A DNA stretch of 64,000 bases from Candidatus Eiseniibacteriota bacterium (lineage in GTDB: Bacteria; Eisenbacteria; RBG-16-71-46; CAIMUX01; VGJL01), in NCBI GenBank assembly GCA_041946735.1, contig JBHGAY010000019.1, positions 1 to 64,000 of the forward strand, in the 5' to 3' direction. The position numbers were made by a program, and so were the translations under genes. Under the pieces are notes generated by a model, which was not told the DNA's origin, searched no databases, and saw only the letters and a list, made by a program, of their open reading frames with translations. Shown here one piece after another: positions 56,410-64,000 of the stretch. Every line of letters starts with the position of its first letter. Position 1 is the first letter of the stretch.

Positions 56410-57209
56410 CCGACCAGCGAGCGGCGCGCGAACGCCACGCGCGCGAGGAGCAGCGCGCCCGTGGCGTAGAGCGCAGCGTAGCAGACCGAGAAGAGCCACT
56501 GCTCCGGCGCGATCCGGCCGCCGTGCACGACGGCCGGCGCCGCCTGGAAGAGATCGAAGCGCGGGACGATCCAGAGAAGCGCGCGGGAGAGCGCGCCGGC
56601 GCCCCCCTGCGGGAAGAGTTGGCCGAGCTGCGTCAGGCTGCCGGCTGCGTTACCGATCAGGAACGCGCCGGCGACGAACAGCCCGGCCAGGATCGGGGAG
56701 GCGAGCGCGGCGAAGAGGATCGCCAGGGCCGCGAGCACCCAGAGCTCGAGCAGGACGAGGGCGATCGCGCCGGCGAAGACGGCGCCCACCTCATAACCGG
56801 AGAGAACGAGGACCAGGAACAGGACGATTCCCATCCCGGCGACGGCGCCGGCGAGGACGGCGGCCAGGCCGAGGAACTTGCCCGTCACGAACGATCCGCG
56901 CCCGAGCGGGCGGCTGAAGAGAAACGCCGCCGATCCGCGCTCCAGCTCGCGGTAGACGAGGGAATGTCCGACGAAGACGATCAGGAGCAGCCCGAAGAGC
57001 GAGAGTCCGGCGAGGCCGATGTCGATCGTGACGCGGCGTCCCTCGCCGAGCGCGAGGGGCGCCAGGACGCGCGAGGCGGCGCAGGCGAAGAGCGCGAAGC
57101 CGGCGAGCAGGTAGAGGACCTTCTCGCGGACCGCCTCGAGGACCGTGTTGCGCGCGATCGCGAGAGTCGCTTCCGGCAGATCGAACGCGAACCTTCCTTG
57201 CGCCGCCAT
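56406..57209 (-). CDS. ABC transporter permease (PilI-like)
   Basis: IARNTVLEAVREK, ELERG, SRPLGR..FVTGKFLG; about six TM segments. Confidence 0.88.
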   Translation of the reverse strand: MAAQGRFAFDLPEATLAIARNTVLEAVREKVLYLLAGFALFACAASRVLAPLALGEGRRVTIDIGLAGLSLFGLLLIVFVGHSLVYRELERGSAAFLFSRPLGRGSFVTGKFLGLAAVLAGAVAGMGIVLFLVLVLSGYEVGAVFAGAIALVLLELWVLAALAILFAALASPILAGLFVAGAFLIGNAAGSLTQLGQLFPQGGAGALSRALLWIVPRFDLFQAAPAVVHGGRIAPEQWLFSVCYAALYATGALLLARVAFARRSLVG

Positions 57210-57210
57210 C

Positions 57211-58224
57211 TCAGCTCCCTTCCGCCGCGCCGCGGCTGGCGGCGGCGGCGGCGGCGCCGGCCCGGTCCGTCGCCTCGCGGCTGCCGGCGTCGGCTTCGCC
57301 GCGGCCCGTCCGGTAGGAGTCGACGAACACCTCCTCGAGCCCGCGGCGCCGGCGCAGCACGGAGCGGACCGTCCCGCCGCGCGCGAGGATGCGCGCGAGG
57401 AGAGCGGAGACCGCGAGCTCCTGATCCGCCTCGACGCGGGCCGTCCAGATTCCCGCCCCTTCGCGCAAGACCACGGGAAGCTCGCGCACGAGCGGGGCGG
57501 GATCGACCGGGAGGCGGAAGACGATCTCGGTGCCGGTCTCGCTCCCCTCGAGCAGCTCTTCCGCCGTCCCCTGGAGGGCAATCGCGCCGTCGCGGAGCAT
57601 CCCGACCCGGTCGGCGAGCGCCTCGACGTCGGGGAGCATGTGGCTCGCGAGGAGGACGGTGCGCCCCTCGTCGCGCCATCCGCGGATCCAGCCCTTCACC
57701 TCGGAGCGCGCAAGCGGATCGAGGCCGCTCATCGGCTCGTCGAGGATCAACAGCTCCGGCTCGTGCACCGCCGCCTGCGCGATCCCGACCCGCTGGAGCT
57801 GCCCCTTGCTGAGCTTCTTCACGGGACGGTGCGCGAGGGCCGCCAGGCCGAAGCGCTCGAGCGCGCGATCGACCGCGCGCGCGCGATCGGCGACGCGCGA
57901 GAGGCGGGCGGCGAGATCGAGCAGCTCGCGGACCGAGAGGAACGGGTAGTAGCACGGAGCCTCGGGCAGGTAGCCGAGGCGCGCGCGCCCGCGCCGGTCG
58001 CCGAGCGGCGCGCCGAGGATCGTCCCGCGCCCCGAGTCGGCCCGCACGAGCCCGAGCAGGATACGGAAGGCGGTCGTTTTGCCCGCGCCGTTGGGGCCGA
58101 CCAGCGCGTACACCTCTCCCGCGGGGACGGCGAGCGACAACCCGCGGAGCGCGGGCACCGCGGGCCGCAGGATCCCCGGGCGATAGGTCTTGCGGATCTC
58201 CTCGAGGACGATCGCCGGTTCCAA
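57211..58224 (-). CDS. ABC transporter ATP-binding protein (PilH-like)
   Basis: GPNGAGKTT, LSKGQLQR, LILDEPMSGLDP, ASH; TTG start with GGAGGAG RBS. Confidence 0.92.
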   Translation of the reverse strand: MEPAIVLEEIRKTYRPGILRPAVPALRGLSLAVPAGEVYALVGPNGAGKTTAFRILLGLVRADSGRGTILGAPLGDRRGRARLGYLPEAPCYYPFLSVRELLDLAARLSRVADRARAVDRALERFGLAALAHRPVKKLSKGQLQRVGIAQAAVHEPELLILDEPMSGLDPLARSEVKGWIRGWRDEGRTVLLASHMLPDVEALADRVGMLRDGAIALQGTAEELLEGSETGTEIVFRLPVDPAPLVRELPVVLREGAGIWTARVEADQELAVSALLARILARGGTVRSVLRRRRGLEEVFVDSYRTGRGEADAGSREATDRAGAAAAAASRGAAEGS

Positions 58225-58290
58225 GGCTCCTCCCTGCTTCGATGGCGGCCGCGGGCGAGACGCTCGCGCGGCCGCGGCTCCTCGCTTCTG

Positions 58291-58318
58291 TGATCGGCCC
58301 GGGCGGGTTGCGACTTGA
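58291..58318 (-). promoter_or_regulatory. Sigma28-like promoter upstream of the pilus ABC genes
   Basis: TCAAG-N15-GCCGATCA. Confidence 0.5.
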
Positions 58319-58339
58319 CGCGGCGAAGGGCGGCGGTGG

Positions 58340-58369
58340 GGCAAGGCAAGGCAAGGCAGGGCAGGGCGG
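58340..58369. repeat. Pentamer microsatellite (GGCAA)3(GGCAG)2GGCGG
   Basis: Directly visible in the pilA to ABC intergenic region. Confidence 0.75.
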
Positions 58370-58516
58370 GACGCGGCGGCATCCGGCGGCGGGACGCGAC
58401 GCAACCTATACGACGAACCGGCCGTCATTCGACGGCCGGCCCGGGGTCCGAACGGCGGCCGGGGCAGGCGCAGGACCTCGCGGGACCCTGCACTCCCGCC
58501 CCGACCCGACGGTTCG

Positions 58517-58909
58517 TTAGTTGGTCGTGTTGCTCAAGGTCAGGATCGGCGTCCCTTCCTTGCCGTTGGCCGTGATCACGTAGCTCGTGAAGTCAGCGGA
58601 AGGCGTCCAGTAGACGACGCCCACGTCGGCGCCGGCCGCGCCGTCGGCGAACGGATCGCCGCCGCCGAACGGGTTGGTGTACTCGAGGTTCAGGACGGCC
58701 GCCACGGTGGCCGGGTAGACGCCGTTCGCCTTGACGCCCTCGTCCTCGCCGTAGAGCTGGCACGCGTGGGCGTTGCCCTTGACGCTTCCCTCGCGGGCGC
58801 GGTCCTGCATGCTGACGTAGTTCGGGATGGCGATCGCCGCGAGGATGCCGATGATCACCACCACGATCATCAGCTCGATCAGGGTGAAGCCTTGCTTGTT
58901 CCGCAACAT
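58517..58909 (-). CDS. pilA: Major type IVa pilin
   Basis: MLRNKQG|FTLIELMIVVVIIGILAAIAIPNY; GGAGGTG RBS; downstream of pilSR. Confidence 0.93.
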   Translation of the reverse strand: MLRNKQGFTLIELMIVVVIIGILAAIAIPNYVSMQDRAREGSVKGNAHACQLYGEDEGVKANGVYPATVAAVLNLEYTNPFGGGDPFADGAAGADVGVVYWTPSADFTSYVITANGKEGTPILTLSNTTN

Positions 58910-59033
58910 GTCACACCTCCGTTGCCGACCAGGTCTCTCTCTCCAGTCGCCCCGATCGAGTCCGGGGCCGGACCGGCTTGGGGTCCGGTCCACCGGGCCT
59001 GCGGCGACTTCGCCGTTGCCGTCTCCAACCATT

Positions 59034-59049
59034 GGCCAGGGTCGTGCCA
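59034..59049 (-). promoter_or_regulatory. Sigma54 -24/-12 promoter of pilA
   Basis: TGGCACGACCCTGGCC (GG-N10-GC) next to a sigma54 activator gene. A weaker alternative, CGGCACGCCGGCCGCA, lies at 59089-59104. Confidence 0.6.
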
Positions 59050-59208
59050 TCGCCACGTCGCATCGCAACGCGATGGCAGCGCGGCGCTTGCGGCCGGCGT
59101 GCCGCGCGCCCGGCCGCCACGCCTCGTCGTCCTGCATGTTTGGGGTTTGCAGTTCGCAATCCGTCCGACGCCGCGCAACGAGAGCGCGGCGAGGCGACGC
59201 CGGGCTCC

Positions 59209-60621
59209 TCACGCCGCCTCCGCCTGCTGCGAGTCCTCGAAGCCGGGCTCGAGCGCGCCCTTCCCCTCGTGGTCGCCGATTCCGTAGGAGAGGAGCTTGC
59301 GGTAGAGCGTGGACGGGTTGATCCCGAGGATCTCGCTCGCCCGCTTCTTCTGCCATCCGGTGTGGTCCAAGACCTTCAGGATGTACTCGCGCTCGAGCTC
59401 GTCGAGCGTGAGCGTCGGCGTGTCGATCACGAGCGTCCCCTGGCGCGTGGGTCCGCGGATGATCTTCTCCGGCAGATCCTGCAGGCGGATCGCGCCGCCT
59501 TCGTTCAGGATCACGGCCCGCTCGATCACGTTCTCCAGCTCGCGCACGTTTCCCGGCCAGTCGTAGCGGAGCAGCCCCTCGAGCGCCTCGTCGTCGACCG
59601 TCTTCAGGCCGGTCGGCCCGGTGAAACGCTGCAGGAAGTGCTCGACGAGCAGCGGGATGTCGTCGCGCCGCTGGCGCAGCGGCGGCAGGCGCAGCGGGAT
59701 CACGTTCAGCCGGTAGAAGAGGTCGGTCCGGAAGCGCCCCTCGCTCACCTCCCGCTCGAGGTCGGCGTTCGTCGCGGCGATCAGGCGCACGTTGATCTGG
59801 ATCGGCTTCGTCCCGCCGACCGGGATGATCTCGCGCTCCTGGAGCGCCCGGAGGAGCTTCACCTGCGTCGCCGGAGTCATCTCCCCGACCTCGTCGAGCA
59901 GGAAGGTCCCGCCCTCGCTGACGGTGAAGAGGCCGGGCTGGTCGCGCACCGCGCCGGTGAAGGAGCCGCGGACGTGGCCGAAGAGGTTCGACTCGAGGAG
60001 GTCCTTCGGGAGCGCGCCGCAGTTGATCGAGACGAACGGCCCCTGCGCGCGCCGGCTGCAGTAGTGGATCTCGCGCGCGATCAGCTCCTTGCCGGTGCCG
60101 CTCTCGCCGTAGATCAGGATCGTCGCCTCGGTGTCGGCGACTTTCTCGATCATCTTGAAGACCTTCGCCATCTCCTCGGACTTGCCGATGATCTTGCGTT
60201 CGGAGTGCGTGCGCCGCATCTGCCGCTTCAACGTCTGGTTCTCCGACTGCAGGCGTCCCATGGAGAGGGCGTTGCGCACGACGAGGAGGATCTCGTCGTT
60301 CTTCGCCTTCTTCTCGATGTACTGGTACGCCCCCTTGTTCAGCGCTTCGATGGCCGAGGCGGTGGAGGCGTAGGCGGTGAGGATGACGACCGGCGTCTCG
60401 ACCGACTTCTGCTTCACCGCCTCGAGGATCTGGATGCCGGTCGCGTCGGGCATCTTCAGGTCGGTGATGACGAGGTCGAACGACTCCTCCTCGAGGAGCG
60501 CGAGCGCGGCCCGCCCCGTCGAAGAGGAGACGACGCGATGGCCTTCCTTCTCGAGGAGGACGGTCAGGAACCGGCGCATCGACTCTTCGTCATCGATGAT
60601 CAGGATGCTCGTCTTCTCCAC
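59209..60621 (-). CDS. pilR: Sigma54-dependent response regulator (PilR-like)
   Basis: Receiver IDDEE/DLKMP; GESGTGKE; GSFTGA; LDEVGE; WPGNVREL; Fis HTH. Confidence 0.9.
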   Translation of the reverse strand: MEKTSILIIDDEESMRRFLTVLLEKEGHRVVSSSTGRAALALLEEESFDLVITDLKMPDATGIQILEAVKQKSVETPVVILTAYASTASAIEALNKGAYQYIEKKAKNDEILLVVRNALSMGRLQSENQTLKRQMRRTHSERKIIGKSEEMAKVFKMIEKVADTEATILIYGESGTGKELIAREIHYCSRRAQGPFVSINCGALPKDLLESNLFGHVRGSFTGAVRDQPGLFTVSEGGTFLLDEVGEMTPATQVKLLRALQEREIIPVGGTKPIQINVRLIAATNADLEREVSEGRFRTDLFYRLNVIPLRLPPLRQRRDDIPLLVEHFLQRFTGPTGLKTVDDEALEGLLRYDWPGNVRELENVIERAVILNEGGAIRLQDLPEKIIRGPTRQGTLVIDTPTLTLDELEREYILKVLDHTGWQKKRASEILGINPSTLYRKLLSYGIGDHEGKGALEPGFEDSQQAEAA

Positions 60622-60636
60622 GGTCTCCTCCGGTTG

Positions 60637-62280
60637 TCAAGCCACCCGCGCCAGCGCCGTCCCGCGGGGCAGGGAGAGCCGCGCCCTCGCTCCGCCCCCC
60701 TCGCGGGGTTCCAGCCGCACCTCGCCGCCCATACGGCGCGCGAGCCTGCGCGCGATCGAAAGACCGAGTCCCGTCCCCCCCGCCTTGTGGGAGCGGAACG
60801 GCTCGAACAGCCCCTCCGGATCCCCCTCCGGAAGCCCCTCGCCCGTGTCCTCGACGAGGATCGCGAGCGCGCCGTCTGCGGCGTCCGCGGCGTCCGCGAC
60901 GTCGGTGGCGTCCGCGGCGTCCCCGGCAGGCTCCCCCTCCGCCACGCGCACCCGGACCTCCCCCTTCGGGGTCGCCTCCAGGGCGTTCAGGATCAGGTTG
61001 CGGAGGACATCGCGCAGGGCGGAGCGGTCGGCGCGCGCCGTCCAGCCTCCGCCGTCCACCACGATCGCGACCTCCGGAGAGCGCGACGGATGGAACGAGA
61101 GGGCGGACGCCTCCTCACGCAGGAGTGAATCGAGATCGATCTCCTCGATCGTTAGCGATTTGTCCCGAGCGAAGGTCAGGAAATCGCCGAGGAAGGTCTC
61201 GAGCGCCGCGGACTCGCGCAGGATGATCGAGAAGAGCTCGCCCGCGACCCCTTCCTGGGGGATCTCGCGCGAGAGAAGCTCGATCGATCCGACGACCGGC
61301 TTCAGGGAGTTGCGGATCTCGTGCGCGAGATGCCCCGAAAGTTCCCCGAGCAGCGCGAGGCGTTCGCGCCGCGCCGCCTCGGCCTCCTGCTCCTTGTGCG
61401 TCGTCAGGTCGTGCAGGAGAAGGACGAGGCCGCGGGGATCGCCCTGCGCGTCGCGCACGTGCGAGGCGAACAGCTCGAGCGGGACCGGGGCCGCCCCTGG
61501 AGTGAAGGAGGTGGCGAGGCCGATCTCCTCGCCGGCCAAGGGCAGCCCCAACATCGTCTTCTCGATCGCCGCCAGTAGCGGCGCCAGCCTCTCCGGGTCC
61601 CCCGCTTCGTCGAGACGCTTGCCCTCGAAATCGGGATGGAGGGCGAGCAGCGAAACGGCGGAAGCGTTCGCGCGGCGGATCCGCCCGGTCCGATCGAGGC
61701 AGAGGAGCGGATTCGCGAGGCTTTCGACGATCGTCTCCGCGTCGAGCCGCTCGTGCTCCAGCTCTCCCTGAACGCGGGCCATCTCGCGCGTCTGCCTCTC
61801 CATGCGGCGCCCGAGCAGTCCGACGAGGAGTCCGAGCAGCAGCAGGAAGAAGCTCGTCAGGACGGAGGGGAAGCCCGAGTCGACGCCGGCGTGGGCGATC
61901 CCCGCCCAGGTCGCGCCGGCCGCGCCGAAGGCGGCGACCATCCCGCCGGCCAGGCCGAACGACATCCCGGCGCAGCCGATCGTGAGGGTGAAGAGGAGCA
62001 GGAACGGCGATCGCGACAGCCCGGTCGTCGCGACGGCGGCCGCTTCGAGCAGGAGATCGAGCGCGAGCAGGATGGCCAGGATCGTCGCACGCGACGACGG
62101 AGAGCCTCTCCGCAGCGGGACCGCCGCGGCGAGGCTGCTCGCCGCGGCCGCCCCGATCAGGAGGGGGGCGAGCCCGCGCGCCGGCGCGTCGAACCAGAAG
62201 GCCAAGAGCGCCCCGATCCCGGCGGCCAGCAGGACGCGGGTCACCAGATAGCGGATCAAGGTGCTGGAGGCGCGCATCAC
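60637..62280 (-). CDS. pilS: Sensor histidine kinase (PilS-like)
   Basis: Multiple N-terminal TMs with SPF, PAS-like region, AHEIRN, NLILNALEA, DTGEG and GTGLGL. Confidence 0.88.
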   Translation of the reverse strand: MMRASSTLIRYLVTRVLLAAGIGALLAFWFDAPARGLAPLLIGAAAASSLAAAVPLRRGSPSSRATILAILLALDLLLEAAAVATTGLSRSPFLLLFTLTIGCAGMSFGLAGGMVAAFGAAGATWAGIAHAGVDSGFPSVLTSFFLLLLGLLVGLLGRRMERQTREMARVQGELEHERLDAETIVESLANPLLCLDRTGRIRRANASAVSLLALHPDFEGKRLDEAGDPERLAPLLAAIEKTMLGLPLAGEEIGLATSFTPGAAPVPLELFASHVRDAQGDPRGLVLLLHDLTTHKEQEAEAARRERLALLGELSGHLAHEIRNSLKPVVGSIELLSREIPQEGVAGELFSIILRESAALETFLGDFLTFARDKSLTIEEIDLDSLLREEASALSFHPSRSPEVAIVVDGGGWTARADRSALRDVLRNLILNALEATPKGEVRVRVAEGEPAGDAADATDVADAADAADGALAILVEDTGEGLPEGDPEGLFEPFRSHKAGGTGLGLSIARRLARRMGGEVRLEPREGGGARARLSLPRGTALARVA

Positions 62281-62299
62281 GAATCCGCCCCGGGCCGGG

Positions 62300-63517
62300 T
62301 CACTTCGAGCCGGCGACGACGTTGATCAGCTTGAACATCGGCAGGTACATCGCGATCACCATCCCGCCGACCAGAACTCCCATGATGACGATCATGACCG
62401 GCTCGATGATCGAGGTCAGCGTCTCGACGGCGACGTTCACCTCGTCGTCGTAGAAGTTCGCGATCTTCTCGAGCATCTTGTCGAGCGCGCCGGTCTCCTC
62501 GCCGACCGCGATCATCTGGACGACCATCGGCGGGAAGACGCCCGATTCCTTCAGGGGGGCCGCGATCGTCTCCCCTTCGCCGATCGAGCCCTTGGTCGTC
62601 AGGATCGCCGCCTCGATCACCTTGTTGCCGGCCGTCCGCGCGGTGATGTCGAGGGCGGTCAGGATCGGCACGCCCGAAGTGATCATCGTCCCGAGCGTGC
62701 GCGTGAAGCGGGCGATCGAGGACTTGCGCAGGAGCGATCCGAGGACCGGCGACTTGAGGAGCATCCGGTCGATGCGCATCTTGCCGGACTCGGTACGGTA
62801 GTAGCGGCGCAGCGCGGTCACGAGCGCGAAGATGACCCCCGCGATCGCCCACCAGTACGCCTTGAGCCCGTTCGACATGATCATGACGATCCGCGTGGGG
62901 AGAGGCAGCTCGCCGCCGAAGTCGGCGAAGATTCGCGCGAAGGTCGGGATGATGAAGATCAGCATGAAGACCGTGGCCCCGATCGCGACGGTCATGACGA
63001 CCGCCGGGTAGGTCATCGCGCTCTTCACCTTGCGGCGGAGCGCCTCGGCCTTCTCGAGGTAACCGGCGAGACGCTGGAGGATGTCGTCCAGGATACCGCC
63101 CGCCTCCCCCGCGTCGACCATGTTGCAGTAGAGGGTGTCGAACACCTGCGGGCGGCGCCCGAGCGACTCGGACAGGGTCGAGCCGGCCTCGACGTCGTGC
63201 ATGACCCCCGCGATGATCTGGCGGAAGTTCGCGCTCTCCGCCTGCTTCGACAGGATGTCGAGGCACTGCACGAGCGGAAGCCCCGAGTTGATCATCGTGG
63301 CGAACTGCCGCGTGAAGATCACGAGGTCCTTCATCTTCACGCGCGCCGCCGCGACCTTCAGCCCGAGCGTGATCGGTTTCGGCTTCTCGCGAATGTAGAG
63401 CGCGATGATCCGCTTGCGGCGGAGATAGGTCACCGCCTCGTCGCGCGAGTTGAACGTGAGCTCCCCCGCCTGCGATTCGCCGGCGGTCGTCTTCCCCTTC
63501 CACGCGTAGACCGGCAT
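62300..63517 (-). CDS. pilC: Type IV pilus platform protein
   Basis: FTRQFATMINSGLPL, AGEAGGILD, KSAMTYP, VGEETGALD, IEP and AMYLPMF. Confidence 0.96.
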   Translation of the reverse strand: MPVYAWKGKTTAGESQAGELTFNSRDEAVTYLRRKRIIALYIREKPKPITLGLKVAAARVKMKDLVIFTRQFATMINSGLPLVQCLDILSKQAESANFRQIIAGVMHDVEAGSTLSESLGRRPQVFDTLYCNMVDAGEAGGILDDILQRLAGYLEKAEALRRKVKSAMTYPAVVMTVAIGATVFMLIFIIPTFARIFADFGGELPLPTRIVMIMSNGLKAYWWAIAGVIFALVTALRRYYRTESGKMRIDRMLLKSPVLGSLLRKSSIARFTRTLGTMITSGVPILTALDITARTAGNKVIEAAILTTKGSIGEGETIAAPLKESGVFPPMVVQMIAVGEETGALDKMLEKIANFYDDEVNVAVETLTSIIEPVMIVIMGVLVGGMVIAMYLPMFKLINVVAGSK

Positions 63518-63557
63518 CGGTCGAAACTCCTCTCGGCACCTACCGCGGCGCCAGCGC

Positions 63558-64000
63558 CTACCGCGACGTCAGGCTGACGCTCTGCGGCCGGTAGCTCGGA
63601 TCCGACTTCTGGATCATCTGCTCGAGCTCGAGCATGTTCGAGCTGTGGCCGATCGCGCTCTCGAGCGTGATCTTCTTCTGGACGTAGGCGGCGAAGAGCC
63701 CCTGGTTCATCGTTTGCATGCCGAACTTCTGCCCCGCCTGCATGAGCGTGTAGATCTGGTGCGTCTTCCCTTCCCGGATGACCGCGGACACGGCCGGGGT
63801 GCAGACGAGCAGCTCGCTCACGTTGATCCGGCCGCCGCCGCGCGCGCGCGCGATGAGCTGCTGCGTGATGACTCCCTTCAGCACGAAGGCGAGCTGCGAG
63901 AGCACCTGCCGCTGCTGGTTCGGCGGGAAGACGTCGACGATGCGGTTGATCGACTCGAACGTGGAGTTCGTGTGCAGGGTCGCGAAGACCAAGTGGCCGG
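63558..64000 (-). CDS. pilT: Retraction ATPase, C-terminal part (N-terminus beyond the right edge)
   Basis: GHLVFATLHTNS, INRIVDVFP, IREGKTHQI and GMQTMNQ. Confidence 0.93.
   Translation of the reverse strand, partial: GHLVFATLHTNSTFESINRIVDVFPPNQQRQVLSQLAFVLKGVITQQLIARARGGGRINVSELLVCTPAVSAVIREGKTHQIYTLMQAGQKFGMQTMNQGLFAAYVQKKITLESAIGHSSNMLELEQMIQKSDPSYRPQSVSLTSR

Noticed and set aside
1..64000. Mobile elements, prophage, DGR/retron, rRNA or tRNA genes
   Set aside because: No transposase, integrase, reverse transcriptase, phage or structural RNA signatures were recognised by eye.

Overview
High-GC bacterial window, gene-dense and mostly minus-strand, from a diderm. FlgD-Ig/T9SS-like cargo tails, a PorV homolog and 'TWGRIR' C-termini suggest an FCB-related candidate phylum such as Ca. 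Eisenbacteria (inference only). Left to right it holds: a quinol-dependent NO reductase (cut by the left edge); a LysR/ino1 divergon; a housekeeping run (FAH family, LpxL-like, dprA, obgE, FmdB-like, aminotransferase, coaD, rsmD, aroK, tatA/B); a TonB-dependent receptor/1028-aa CTD cargo/PorV-like operon. Divergent from that operon is a minor-pilin cluster ending in a 941-aa pilin-adhesin fusion and a CxC UshA-like gene. Then come tamB-tamA, several secreted FG-GAP/C25 proteins with FlgD-like tails, a 10 x 42-bp tandem array plus AT-rich island next to an orphan helical gene, pepD, and a Myxococcus/Geobacter-style type IVa pilus locus (pilT cut by the right edge). Best leads: (1) a shared C-terminal P-[ST]-T-W-x-R-[IL]-R-x-L-[YF]-R motif on two unrelated secreted proteins, a possible undescribed sorting signal; (2) the 42-bp array/AT island/helical-gene module; (3) the giant pilin-adhesin; (4) T9SS-like secretion apparently outside Bacteroidota; (5) recurrent sigma28-like and ECF-like promoter motifs. 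All calls come from reading motifs by eye; no searches were run.
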